The notes under the pieces: model-generated | Seen by the model: the letters and a program-made list of their open reading frames with translations, nothing else | Told to the model about the DNA's origin: nothing | Databases searched by the model: none | Position numbers and translations under genes: made by a program | In this document: piece after piece, positions 19,336 through 29,690 of the stretch | Layout: the number at the start of each line of letters is the position of its first letter | How positions within the stretch are numbered: position 1 is the first letter of the stretch | From: an uncultured Actinomycetota bacterium | GTDB lineage: Bacteria; Actinomycetota; Humimicrobiia; Humimicrobiales; Humimicrobiaceae | Direction of reading: 5' to 3' | Length of the DNA: 64,000 nucleotides | Assembly: GCA_964595565.1 (NCBI GenBank) | Contig: CAZQQX010000005.1 | Coordinates: forward strand, 8,353 to 72,352

Positions 19336-20613
19336 ATGGCAAAGAGAATACTTTATACTATCAGATACTTCACTATCATGGCATTAATAGGGATTCTTTT
19401 TATAACTCTTTTTCCTGGTGGCCTTGACGGGGGCTCAGCGGAGCAGGTACAGAGTTTTGTAACACGTTTCTATGTTCAGTGCCTGGGAAGGCAGCCTGAT
19501 ACCGGCGGTTTAAATGAATGGGTCGGGCGTCTGATGAATGGGTCTAAAACAGGAGCGGATGTTGCGGAAGGTTTTGTTTTTAGTAAAGAATTTCTGGCCA
19601 GAGAACATTCAGATGAAGAATTTGTTACTATTCTTTACAGGGCTTTTTTTAACCGGGAACCCGACACAAATGGTTATAATGCGTGGCTGGAAAGATTGGC
19701 CGGTGGGATGACCAGGAAATCAGTACTGGATGGATTTTTAAAATCAAAAGAGTTTTCCAAGCTCTGTAGTGATTATGGAATTACGCCATATGCCGGCGCA
19801 CCTTCTAATGCTGCGGCTGCAGTAACTTCAACTTCTTCAGGTTATAGTTCAAGCGGTGCGACAGGATTCAAGGCAGGTAGGAAAGTTAACTTTATGATCT
19901 GGGGAGATGATAGTGCCCACGATAGAGCCGGGGGCAGGATTAGCGGAAGAACAGATATTAATATATTTGTACATTTAAATCTTGACACCAGAAAAGCCTA
20001 TCTGGTAACTATTCCGCGCGATACCTGGTTTAAAGGCCGTAAGATTAACGGTTATCATGCCATAGGGGGTAATGATTATGCTGTGGGTATATTCGAAGAA
20101 TTTACCGGTGCAGATATTGATTTTTATGTAATAACTGATTTCGATGGTTTTGCCCCTCTAATTGATTATTTTGGCGGAGTAGATGTCACAGTTGAGGAAA
20201 ATATAGCAGACTCTTTCTCAGGATGTTATTTAACCGCAGGAACGCATCACATAAACGGAACACAGGCGCTGGCCCTGTCCAGGGCAAGACATGGCAGGTA
20301 TCTTTATGGCGGAGGAGCCTACTCAAGAGAAAGGCAATCTGCAATGCTTATGGCGGACCTGCTCCTGCAGAAAAGGTCAATGGTAAATTCAGGGAATATA
20401 GCTGATTTTTTGAATATAATGGGTAAGTATGTGTGGACCAATATATCGTTAAGTCAGGCTCTGCAAATAATCCCTGTTGTCAGTTCTATAGGCAGGGAAG
20501 ATATTACCATAACTACTTTTAATTCAAAGCCGCAGTGGTTCGGAAAATCCAGCGCAGTCGGTTATAACGAAGCAGAGAAAAATCAGTTTTTTAGAAATAT
20601 CCTGAATCAGTAA
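19336..20613 (+). CDS. LytR-CpsA-Psr (LCP) family glycopolymer transferase with an N-terminal TM anchor and two DUF4214 repeats
   Basis: Two DUF4214-like repeats (FV..Y...LGR.PD..G...W...L..G) precede an LCP core (NIFVHLNLDTRKAYLVTIPRDTW, ITDFDGF, LSRARH). Confidence 0.7.
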   Translation: MAKRILYTIRYFTIMALIGILFITLFPGGLDGGSAEQVQSFVTRFYVQCLGRQPDTGGLNEWVGRLMNGSKTGADVAEGFVFSKEFLAREHSDEEFVTILYRAFFNREPDTNGYNAWLERLAGGMTRKSVLDGFLKSKEFSKLCSDYGITPYAGAPSNAAAAVTSTSSGYSSSGATGFKAGRKVNFMIWGDDSAHDRAGGRISGRTDINIFVHLNLDTRKAYLVTIPRDTWFKGRKINGYHAIGGNDYAVGIFEEFTGADIDFYVITDFDGFAPLIDYFGGVDVTVEENIADSFSGCYLTAGTHHINGTQALALSRARHGRYLYGGGAYSRERQSAMLMADLLLQKRSMVNSGNIADFLNIMGKYVWTNISLSQALQIIPVVSSIGREDITITTFNSKPQWFGKSSAVGYNEAEKNQFFRNILNQ

Positions 20614-21026
20614 ATTAAGATGTCTATCCTGACTGGAGCTTTATGAGTTTTTAGTCTGCCTGTTTATCTTTCAGGTATTATTCTGGAAGCTTAATTATTA
20701 CCGGTGCAGGCATGGCGGCAACTATAGTGGCAATTGAAACCATCCTGTTGGTACATAATATCGTTGCTTCTATTAATCTTTGTTTAACTTACTTTATATT
20801 TCTAATACTTATTATTAATCCTGAAATAGAAAATATTTTATAAAGACTGAACCCGGGAGAGAGCTGAATTAAATTTAATTTATACAGGTATTGCGGGTGT
20901 TATTCTTAAACCGGCGATAATTGACAATAATAAATTTTGTAACTATTATTGTGCAACAGATGAATTAATTAAGCAGTGACGGCTAAAAAATAATAATTAT
21001 AAAGAACTTTAGAGGATGGTTGATTT

Positions 21027-22259
21027 ATGTCAGGAAGCAGGCCAATAGTACTGATTTCAACTTACTATCCAAGATTATGCGGGATAGCTACGTTCTGCGA
21101 AGAAGCCAGGGAATTTATTAAGAAAGAATATCCGGAAAGAGAAGTTCTGGTAATAAGTCATACAGATGGAGAAGGCGAGGGAGTTTTCCCCATAATAGAT
21201 ACCGCCAATCGATTCTGGTGGAAACCTGTAGCAAAAAAAATCAAGAAACTTTCACCTTACGTGGTGCATATACAGCATGAATATGGGCTATATGAACATA
21301 TAGATAATAGAGGTATTGGAGATAAAAATCAGGGTTTTATTGAATTCCTGGGCTCCATAAATGAATTTCCTATTGTAGTGGAGCCACATACAGTACATGG
21401 AAGGTTAAAAGAATTTGAAGAAAATTTTATTTACCAGTTATGTGAAGATTCTGATGTTGTTTTATTCAAAAGTGATTACCAGAAATGGAGACTAAACTGG
21501 ACCTTTACTCAGAAAGGCTGGAAGATGCCAAATAATATTATGATTGTGCCCCATGGAGCGAGGGTGGATAGAAGCTGGAGTGAAAAAGGCATTCAGGAAT
21601 TAAGAAAGGAACTTAATTTAGATAAATTCAAATATTTGAGTAATAACATAGTTGGATTGGTGGGCTGGATTCAGTCAAACAAAAGATGGGATATACTAAC
21701 TTCCATGTGGGAAGAAATACTGGGAGAAATAAAAAAAAGAACCGGTGAGAGCTGGGATCTTCTGGCTGCAGGCACCCTAAGGGATAAAGCGCATCTGGAG
21801 GATTATAATCATTACAAAAAAAGCCTTGAGATATTGGAAAAAAAGGGAATTGCACATTATTACGAATTTATTCCCAGAGGAGATATTTACTACAAGGTAA
21901 TGGCAGTGTGTAAGTTTATAGTTCTACCTACAGTAGATGAGACGCAGTCTGGAACACTGGCAAGAATTATTGCTTTGAATAAACCTTATATAACCACTGC
22001 CCCACTGGAAGGGCTTACAGCACAAACTCTTGAAAGTGAAGGCGGGTTGCTTTTTACCAATAAGCAGATGTTAAAAGAAAAGGTTATAAGATTGGCCTGT
22101 GATGAGGATTTAAGGAATGGGCTTTCAAAGAATCTTAAAAAATATTTAAATGAAGTTGTATCCTGGGAGATTGTAGCCAAAAAATACAGGCACGCATATA
22201 AACTTGCACGGCTTAAGAAAATGGCAGGAAAGAAAATAGATCTACCTCCTGATTTTTAA
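21027..22259 (+). CDS. glycosyltransferase, GT4-like (GT-B fold)
   Basis: N-terminal STYYPRLCGIATFCEE motif is shared with the downstream paralog (SSYVPRKCGIATYTRD); 410 aa. Confidence 0.6.
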   Translation: MSGSRPIVLISTYYPRLCGIATFCEEAREFIKKEYPEREVLVISHTDGEGEGVFPIIDTANRFWWKPVAKKIKKLSPYVVHIQHEYGLYEHIDNRGIGDKNQGFIEFLGSINEFPIVVEPHTVHGRLKEFEENFIYQLCEDSDVVLFKSDYQKWRLNWTFTQKGWKMPNNIMIVPHGARVDRSWSEKGIQELRKELNLDKFKYLSNNIVGLVGWIQSNKRWDILTSMWEEILGEIKKRTGESWDLLAAGTLRDKAHLEDYNHYKKSLEILEKKGIAHYYEFIPRGDIYYKVMAVCKFIVLPTVDETQSGTLARIIALNKPYITTAPLEGLTAQTLESEGGLLFTNKQMLKEKVIRLACDEDLRNGLSKNLKKYLNEVVSWEIVAKKYRHAYKLARLKKMAGKKIDLPPDF

Positions 22260-22413
22260 TAATATTTAATCTCTAAATTGATATGAAGCTTTAATATTTC
22301 TTATAAAGATGATTATTAATTTACCAATTTTGGATATTAGGATAATCTTATAACTATCAGCAAGCTATATCTTTCTGGTATTTTTATAAAATAAATAATG
22401 GAAGTGTATTATT

Positions 22414-23604
22414 TTGGAAAAGCTTAAAAAAGTTTTAAGGGAAAAGAGCAAGGGTATTAATTGTGTATATATATCATCATATGTTCCAAGGAAATGCGGT
22501 ATTGCTACTTATACCAGAGATTTAACCAGGGCTATTGACCTTATAAACCCGTACTGTGAATCCAGGATTATAGCAATGGTAAAACCTGAAGATAAGATTA
22601 AATATCCTCCAGAAGTTAAATTTGAGGTCAATCAATATGATATTGGTTCCTACATAAAAGCTGCTAATTATATTAATAAATCCATAGCAGATATAGTAGT
22701 TCTTGAACATGAATTTGGCCTGTATGGCGGTGAATTCGGAGAATATATTATAAAGCTAGTAGAGAGGATAAAAAAGCCTCTTATAATAACTGCTCATACA
22801 ATTCCCGATAATCCGGATGGAGGGTATGGCCGGGCTTTAAAGGATGTAATCAAATTTACCGATAAGGTAATAGCCATGATGCCGGAAAGCATACAGAAAC
22901 TTGTAAAAAACTATAATTATCCAGTAGAAAATATAGAAATTATACCCCATGGTGTTCCTGATATAGTGATGGAACCCAATGAAAAATATAAAAGGAAAAA
23001 GGGATTAAAGGATAAAATAATACTAGGGAATATAAATCTTTTATCAGAAATTAAAGGAATTGAATATATTATAGAAGCTCTGGGAGCTATTAAAAAGCAA
23101 TTTCCCGGTGTTTTATATCTTATAATTGGCCAGACGCATCCCGTCGTATTAAAAATTGAAGGAGAAAAATACAGAAATTTTTTAAAAAGAAAAATAAAGA
23201 ATCTCAATTTGGAAGAAAATGTTAAATTTATAAATAAATATATGTCTCTGGGAGAACTTGTCTCCTGGTTAAAAGCTATTGATATATACATAACGCCATA
23301 TCTTGACCCCCAACAATCCGCGTCCGGAGCCCTGGCGTATGCTATTGGAGCAGGTAAAGCATGTATCTCAACTCCTTACTTATATGCAAAGGAGGTTCTG
23401 GCGCGGGGAAGAGGTGTAATTGTGCCTTTCCGGAATTCTGGAGTTATCGCAAATGCGGTAATAGATATATGCAGGAATCCTGAAAAGAAATTAAAACTGG
23501 AAAAAAAGGCATACGAGTTTGGAAGATTAATGACCTGGTACAATGTAGCCCTGCAGCATCTTAAATTATTTAATGAGGTTTTAGATATACGTGAAAATAT
23601 ATAG
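22414..23604 (+). CDS. glycosyltransferase, GT4 family
   Basis: Paralog of the preceding gene; the C-terminal half has GT4-like motifs; 396 aa. Confidence 0.65.
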   Translation: MEKLKKVLREKSKGINCVYISSYVPRKCGIATYTRDLTRAIDLINPYCESRIIAMVKPEDKIKYPPEVKFEVNQYDIGSYIKAANYINKSIADIVVLEHEFGLYGGEFGEYIIKLVERIKKPLIITAHTIPDNPDGGYGRALKDVIKFTDKVIAMMPESIQKLVKNYNYPVENIEIIPHGVPDIVMEPNEKYKRKKGLKDKIILGNINLLSEIKGIEYIIEALGAIKKQFPGVLYLIIGQTHPVVLKIEGEKYRNFLKRKIKNLNLEENVKFINKYMSLGELVSWLKAIDIYITPYLDPQQSASGALAYAIGAGKACISTPYLYAKEVLARGRGVIVPFRNSGVIANAVIDICRNPEKKLKLEKKAYEFGRLMTWYNVALQHLKLFNEVLDIRENI

Positions 23605-23672
23605 TTTTATAAAAATTTTTTATTAAATAAATATTTAAGAACCATTTTTATGCCAAATAAAGAAAAATTATC

Positions 23673-24665
23673 ATGGACCCATTAAAGAAAATAAGGCTGA
23701 TGACAACAGGTACGGGTATATACCAGCATGGGAAACTGGATAAGCCTGACCCGGCATTCGGGTATGCCCTGGAGGACCAGGCAAGGGCCCTTATAGTTGC
23801 TGATAGATTTAAAGACACCGGGCTGAGAGATATTTATCTTAATTTTATATTAAAAACACAGAGAGAAGATGGCCTGCTTTACCATTTTTTTTATGAAGAA
23901 AATGGCAGTGGAATATTCCGGAATAAAGAAGAAAATAACTTAAAACCCAATATAAAAGAAGCCTATGGGCTGGCCCTGTGGTCACTGCTATCAATTAATA
24001 GCGATAGAGATGGTTCTGTAAGGGAGATTGTTGAAAATTTAATTTTAGATGCATACGGATGGACTTCACCAAGGGCAATGGCAGCAGCACTGCTGGGACT
24101 GGTAAATCTTAAAAGCACACATAATTTAGAACTGGAGCTGAGGGAAAAATTGCATGACCTGTATTTTGAAAATTATTCTAAAGGCTGGATATGGTTTGAA
24201 AATTACCTGGTGTATGCAAATGCAATTATGCCATGGGCATTATGGGAAACTTACCTCAGAAGGAAATGTGAAACAAGCTTTGAAATTGCCAGAAAAACAA
24301 CAGAATTTTTAATAGAGAAATGCCAGGAAAATAACAGGCCTGCCCCTGTGGGCAACAGGGGCTGGTATTTTAAGGAAGGTAGAAAAGCTATATACGACCA
24401 GCAGCCCATTGATTCTGCTTATATGGTTTGCTGCCTTGAGAAAGCATACCGCGCAACAGGAAATGACTATTATAAAAAGTGGGCTGAAAAATGGTATAGA
24501 TGGTTTTTCGGGTATAATATAAAAGGGGTCCCTCTTGTGGATGAAAATTTTGCCTGTTGCGATGGCCTGACACCTGAAGGAGTTAACTTAAATCAGGGAG
24601 CTGAATCAAATATTTGTTTTCTGATGGCATTTCTTGCAGCAAAAAGACTGGGAATTACCGGGTAA
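23673..24665 (+). CDS. hypothetical protein in the glycan operon
   Basis: No family recognised by eye. Placed here by operon context between the GT4 genes and the GH130 gene. Confidence 0.3.
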   Translation: MDPLKKIRLMTTGTGIYQHGKLDKPDPAFGYALEDQARALIVADRFKDTGLRDIYLNFILKTQREDGLLYHFFYEENGSGIFRNKEENNLKPNIKEAYGLALWSLLSINSDRDGSVREIVENLILDAYGWTSPRAMAAALLGLVNLKSTHNLELELREKLHDLYFENYSKGWIWFENYLVYANAIMPWALWETYLRRKCETSFEIARKTTEFLIEKCQENNRPAPVGNRGWYFKEGRKAIYDQQPIDSAYMVCCLEKAYRATGNDYYKKWAEKWYRWFFGYNIKGVPLVDENFACCDGLTPEGVNLNQGAESNICFLMAFLAAKRLGITG

Positions 24666-24808
24666 CTGTTTGTGTCCATAGAATTTATTTTTCTTTATCT
24701 GGCTCTATGATAAGTTGGGATGATTTTTTTAGATATAATTATAGGCCGGTTGAATGATTATAAAGTCAGGAATTGATTCAGAAATAAAAATAAAAATAAG
24801 TAATAAAA

Positions 24809-25855
24809 ATGGATGTATTAAGGTCAGGAAAAAATCCGATAATAAAGCCGGAAGATTTAAAACCTTCAGGAGATGATATTGAAGTGGCAGGTGTTTTTAA
24901 CTGTGGTGTTACCAGATTCAAGGATGAGGTTTTACTTCTTTTAAGAGTTGCAGAAAAACCGGTCAATTATGATAAGGAGAAAATATCGGTCCCTGTGCTT
25001 GATTTAAAAACGGGTAAAATTTCAGTAAAGAAATTTAACAAAAGTGACTCTTCCATTGATTTTTCCGACCCGAGATTTTTAAGGACAATTTATGGTAATT
25101 ATCTCACCTCAATTTCTCATTTTAGAACTGCAAAAAGTAAAAACGGAATTGACTTTGATATAGACAGCGGACCCGCTCTATTTCCGGAAAATGAATATGA
25201 AAGGGCAGGTATTGAAGACCCGAGAATTACTTTTCTTAATGGAAAATATTACATAAGTTACGTGGCTGTATCGGATATAGAAGGAATTACTACCTGCATG
25301 GCGTCTACCGATGACTTTAAAAAATTTAAAAGGCATGGTGTGATTTTTATGTCTGACAATAAGGATATGGTTATTTTTCCGGAGAAAATTAAAGGTAAAT
25401 ATTATGCTCTCAGCAGGCCGGTATCCTGTGAATTTTGCAGGGCTGATATCTGGATATCCGAATCAGAAGACCTTATTTCCTGGGGCGCGCACAGAAGGTT
25501 GATGGGCACAAGAAAGGGGAACTGGGATAGTTCAAGAATAGGTGCGGGAGCGGTTCCATTTAAAATAAAAGAAGGCTGGCTGGAGATTTACCACGGCGCT
25601 ACAGAGGCTAACCGGTATTGCATCGGGGCTGTACTTCTTGATAAAGAAGAACCCTGGAAAGTTATTGCCCGGTGCAGGAAGCCTGTAATGGAGCCTGAAA
25701 TGGATTACGAGAAGGAAGGTTTTTATAGTGATGTGGTTTTTACCTGTGGTGTTTTATATGAAGAGGATAAGATAAAAATATATTATGGTGCTGCTGATAG
25801 CAGTATAGCGTATGCAGAGGTCAATTTGAGTGACATAATCAGCGGACTGGGATAA
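24809..25855 (+). CDS. GH130 family glycoside phosphorylase/glycosidase (DUF377)
   Basis: Blocks DIDSGPALFPENEYERAGIEDPRIT and NGKYYISYVAVS are typical of GH130 beta-mannoside phosphorylases. Confidence 0.65.
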   Translation: MDVLRSGKNPIIKPEDLKPSGDDIEVAGVFNCGVTRFKDEVLLLLRVAEKPVNYDKEKISVPVLDLKTGKISVKKFNKSDSSIDFSDPRFLRTIYGNYLTSISHFRTAKSKNGIDFDIDSGPALFPENEYERAGIEDPRITFLNGKYYISYVAVSDIEGITTCMASTDDFKKFKRHGVIFMSDNKDMVIFPEKIKGKYYALSRPVSCEFCRADIWISESEDLISWGAHRRLMGTRKGNWDSSRIGAGAVPFKIKEGWLEIYHGATEANRYCIGAVLLDKEEPWKVIARCRKPVMEPEMDYEKEGFYSDVVFTCGVLYEEDKIKIYYGAADSSIAYAEVNLSDIISGLG

Positions 25856-25910
25856 TGTGGACGTAATATGGCAATAATACGTTTAATAACTTATTATACG
25901 AGGAGTATGA

Positions 25911-26258
25911 ATGATTATAAAAAAGAAAAAGGAATTTGACCCCATTATCATGGATGATAGTGAATCAAATGGTATCAGGTCTTACCCCATGCTCACGGCA
26001 AATGATGGGACTCCAACTTTTGCAATGAGACTATTTGAAATAGATCCGGGTGGATATACGCCCAGGCACAGCCATGATTGGGAGCATGAAGTGTACATTA
26101 TAAGTGGTGGGGGGTTTATTCTTAAGGGAGACGATATGGTCGAGATTGAGAAAGATGACTTTATTTTTGTAGAACCACTGGAGCTGCATCAATTCAAAGC
26201 AGGTGATGAGGGTTTGAAAATGATATGCGTGGTACCCAATAGAGGTCAGCGTTTATGA
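25911..26258 (+). CDS. cupin-domain protein
   Basis: Cupin motifs G.YTPRHSHDWEHEVYIISG; 115 aa. Confidence 0.6.
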   Translation: MIIKKKKEFDPIIMDDSESNGIRSYPMLTANDGTPTFAMRLFEIDPGGYTPRHSHDWEHEVYIISGGGFILKGDDMVEIEKDDFIFVEPLELHQFKAGDEGLKMICVVPNRGQRL

Positions 26259-26308
26259 TTATTCTTATAAATAGATAAACGGAAAATAATTGTTTATAAT
26301 ATACTGAA

Positions 26309-28264
26309 ATGAAAAAAGCAATATCCGGGAATAATTTGAATTTAAAGTGGTCATACTTTTTTATTGTAGCCATAAATACTCTTTTTGGTCTGGAAATTCT
26401 TAAAACTTTTCTTTCCCTGCTGGTAAATTTTTTCAGGGAGCGTCCAGATATATCCCTTACGGATGTAGCTATTTATGCTCTGGTGACATTTTTGCTGGTT
26501 TTTTTCACTGGTTTTATATATAAATTGAGGTACGGTATCATATTGTGGGTGCTTACTGCAGGAGTGGGCGTGACAAGATTTATGTTGCAGGTAAATCCCT
26601 GGCCTCCACTTAGCCTTGCGCTGTCAGCTCTGGGCACCATTCTGTGGATGGCGGGCTCTGTTTTTTTTGTAACTCTACTGCAGCAAAAACGAATAGGTCT
26701 TTTATCTTCATTTTTCCCCGGTATTGTTTTTGGGATCAGCCTTTCAACGGCTTTTCACGGTCTTTTCGGGACATGGGATATGGTATGGAGGCAGGACTGG
26801 CACGTAGTTTTTTTTGTGCTGGTTATTATTATAATAAAGTTATGGTTGGTTCACAGCGTCTCTGGAGATTTAAGGGATGCAGAGCCTTTTGATGGAGGAA
26901 GAAATTCATTTTATACTTTAACCTTATTTATGCCCTTTATTTTCCTCCAGTTATTGAAATTCCAGAATGTGGCCTCACTGAATGCAGTTACCGGGAAAAG
27001 CCTTCAGTTTTCATTGACTGTAATAATGGTTTCCAATATTCTGGCTTTTTTATTTACATATTTATTCTCATTTAAAAAAATAAGAATCCTGTTAACTGTA
27101 TCTGGTGTGCTTTTTATATTAATGTCCTTCTGGCCCGGCGCGGGAGGTTATCTGTATATGCTGCAGGTGATTATTGGTAACACCGGAGCTTTCTGGCTGT
27201 TAGCAGTTGTCCTGGAAAAAGCAGAAGGTAAAGCGGTTGAGAAAATGCCATGGAAAAATACAATAGCCTTTAGCCTTGGAGGTCTGGTGTTCCTTATTTT
27301 TGCATTTATATATTACAGCAGTTATGATTTAAAACTGCCCTTTGAAAACCGGGTGATTCCGGTTCTGATAGCTGTTTTTATATCAATATGTGCCCTTTTT
27401 TCATCCTGGCTTAAAAATTCGGAGGTTGGAGACCGGGAAGACCGGACTTCAGGCAGTAACCGTACTGGAAGGAAGCCTGTATTTCTTTATCTTATGACCG
27501 GACTGATTATAATTCCACTGATTATGTTTCTGCCCCCTAAAAATGTGGATAGAGATACTGTTGAAGGCGGTCCAATCAGGATGATGGATTATAATATCCA
27601 CCAGGGTTTTAACATAAAGGGCTATCTTGACCTGGAAAGTACCGCCAGAGTTATCGAGAAAAGCGGAGCGGATCTGGTATGCCTTCAGGAAGTTTCCAGG
27701 GGATGGCTCATTAACGGGTCGGCAGATACATTGTCGTGGTTATCAGATAGACTTGATATGGGCTATCTGTTTATGCCTGCATCAGATGATGTATGGGGAA
27801 ACGCTATTTTGAGCAGGTATCCGTTAAAGCTGATAAAGAGCGGATTTTTGCCGGAGCTGGGTGCTCCACTTAGAAGAAGCTATCTGCTTGCTGAAGTAGA
27901 GGTGAGTGACGGGGATAATTTAAATATAATATGCACGCATCTGCATCATATAGAGGGTGAGGTCTGGATAAGAGAAGAGCAGGTAAAGAAGCTTCTGGAA
28001 GAATGGGATGGTTTAGAAAGAACAGTAATAATGGGAGATTTTAATGCAGTGACAGGCGATCCAGAAATTATGCAGATGCACAGTGCCGGATTTTTAGATT
28101 CTCAGCTGGAACTTGGAGAGGAAGATACGCTGACCTGGGTGCACTATGAACCCTTTAGAAGAATAGATTATATATGGGTAACGAAGGATCTAAGGATATC
28201 AGATGTGGATGTGCCTTACAGCACGGCTTCAGACCATTTACCCGTCGTTATTAATATAAATTAG
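26309..28264 (+). CDS. polytopic membrane protein with a C-terminal endonuclease/exonuclease/phosphatase (EEP) domain
   Basis: About 10 TM helices in the first ~400 aa, then EEP motifs (MMDYNIHQG, VCLQEV, GDFNAV, SDHLPV). Confidence 0.65.
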   Translation: MKKAISGNNLNLKWSYFFIVAINTLFGLEILKTFLSLLVNFFRERPDISLTDVAIYALVTFLLVFFTGFIYKLRYGIILWVLTAGVGVTRFMLQVNPWPPLSLALSALGTILWMAGSVFFVTLLQQKRIGLLSSFFPGIVFGISLSTAFHGLFGTWDMVWRQDWHVVFFVLVIIIIKLWLVHSVSGDLRDAEPFDGGRNSFYTLTLFMPFIFLQLLKFQNVASLNAVTGKSLQFSLTVIMVSNILAFLFTYLFSFKKIRILLTVSGVLFILMSFWPGAGGYLYMLQVIIGNTGAFWLLAVVLEKAEGKAVEKMPWKNTIAFSLGGLVFLIFAFIYYSSYDLKLPFENRVIPVLIAVFISICALFSSWLKNSEVGDREDRTSGSNRTGRKPVFLYLMTGLIIIPLIMFLPPKNVDRDTVEGGPIRMMDYNIHQGFNIKGYLDLESTARVIEKSGADLVCLQEVSRGWLINGSADTLSWLSDRLDMGYLFMPASDDVWGNAILSRYPLKLIKSGFLPELGAPLRRSYLLAEVEVSDGDNLNIICTHLHHIEGEVWIREEQVKKLLEEWDGLERTVIMGDFNAVTGDPEIMQMHSAGFLDSQLELGEEDTLTWVHYEPFRRIDYIWVTKDLRISDVDVPYSTASDHLPVVININ

Positions 28265-29572
28265 ATGTTCTTAAAATATCTCCTGAATATGGTAACTAAA
28301 AATCATATTGCCAGAAAAATACTGGTATCAATAATCATAGTTGTTACGTTAGTGATACTTGTTCCCCTTATCGGTTCGTGCAAACCCGGGTTAAGTTTTG
28401 GTGAGGTGGCTATCTGCGAGAGAGTGGATACTGATACTTTTAAACCTGCGGGAATTAAAAATAATTTTGATTTTAATGCAGAAGAGATTTTTGCTGTAAT
28501 AGAAGTTTCAGGTGCCAGAGCCGGGGATATGTGGAAGTTTGTCTGGATAAATGAAGTCACGGATGAAATAGTTGCAGAGTCTTATGGCGAGTATTCCGAA
28601 GGCGGGAGGGGATACGTTGAAGGCTACCTCTCAAATCGTCTGACCGCGGGAAGGGAGACCGGTTTGATAGGGGAACCGGGAGATTACAGAGTTTACTTTT
28701 ATCACAACGGCGGGTTAATAAGCAGCGCTGGTTTTACCATAGAACCACCGGTGATAAATGTAACAGGAGTTGTGTTGTGCAGGGAAATAGATAGGGAAGG
28801 ACAGCCCGTCGGCATTACTGAAAGATTTTACCCCGGTGATGTAATTTATACTCTGGCAGGGTTAAGTTATCGGGTAGCCGGAGATTCATTACGGATTGAG
28901 TGGTATAAGGATGAAGATGAGCTGCTGGGAGAAGAAGAATTTGTTATTGAAGATACCTGCTATACGCCGGGGTATATTGTATTCAGGATTGAGAATGACA
29001 GGCTATGGCCGACAGGTAATTATAAAATAGAGTTATATTATAATAAAATTCTGGAAGGCCGGTATGATTTTGAAATAATAAAAGAGGATATTCCAGATGC
29101 AACATTTAATGACAATAATATATACGAGAACGATGATTACAAATTCTCAATTCTTTATCCTGATGACTGGGATTATAAAGAAGAGGAACGCACCGGTGGC
29201 CCTGAAGTCAGCTTTGAACCATTATCCGGGAGTATAAACACCGCTGTAAATATACGGTTCCTGAAGGAAGGATATTGCCCTTCCACGGAAGAATATAGCA
29301 CTTTCTCTGATAAGATATTAGAAGAGATAGTTGATGTTGACACTGATCTGGAAGTGGAGAGCGAGGAAATAACCGGGGAAATTAATGGTCTGGACTATAG
29401 AAAGATTAGCTATTACTATATATTAGAGGATAAAATCAGATGGGACATTGAAATGATTTTTATAAGAAAAAATAATGTACTTTATTTACTTATAAGGTTT
29501 TCTGATATATATTACAGGGAGTTTTCATGCAGGCTGTATGATATTATGCTTAATTCTCTTTCAATTTATTAG
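28265..29572 (+). CDS. secreted or membrane-anchored hypothetical protein with two internal ~100-aa repeats
   Basis: The ATG directly abuts the upstream stop (translational coupling). N-terminal TM/signal; modules repeat (VAICERVDTDTFKPAGI... and VVLCREIDREGQPVGI...). Confidence 0.4.
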   Translation: MFLKYLLNMVTKNHIARKILVSIIIVVTLVILVPLIGSCKPGLSFGEVAICERVDTDTFKPAGIKNNFDFNAEEIFAVIEVSGARAGDMWKFVWINEVTDEIVAESYGEYSEGGRGYVEGYLSNRLTAGRETGLIGEPGDYRVYFYHNGGLISSAGFTIEPPVINVTGVVLCREIDREGQPVGITERFYPGDVIYTLAGLSYRVAGDSLRIEWYKDEDELLGEEEFVIEDTCYTPGYIVFRIENDRLWPTGNYKIELYYNKILEGRYDFEIIKEDIPDATFNDNNIYENDDYKFSILYPDDWDYKEEERTGGPEVSFEPLSGSINTAVNIRFLKEGYCPSTEEYSTFSDKILEEIVDVDTDLEVESEEITGEINGLDYRKISYYYILEDKIRWDIEMIFIRKNNVLYLLIRFSDIYYREFSCRLYDIMLNSLSIY

Positions 29573-29690
29573 GCCGTTATTGGTTTTTAAAGATTGCCTG
29601 CTTTAAAAGTTTAAGATTAAAACGGGTTGAATATAATAAATTTTTTATATGCTCTAAAATTTTTAAATTAATATATCAAATAATATTTAA

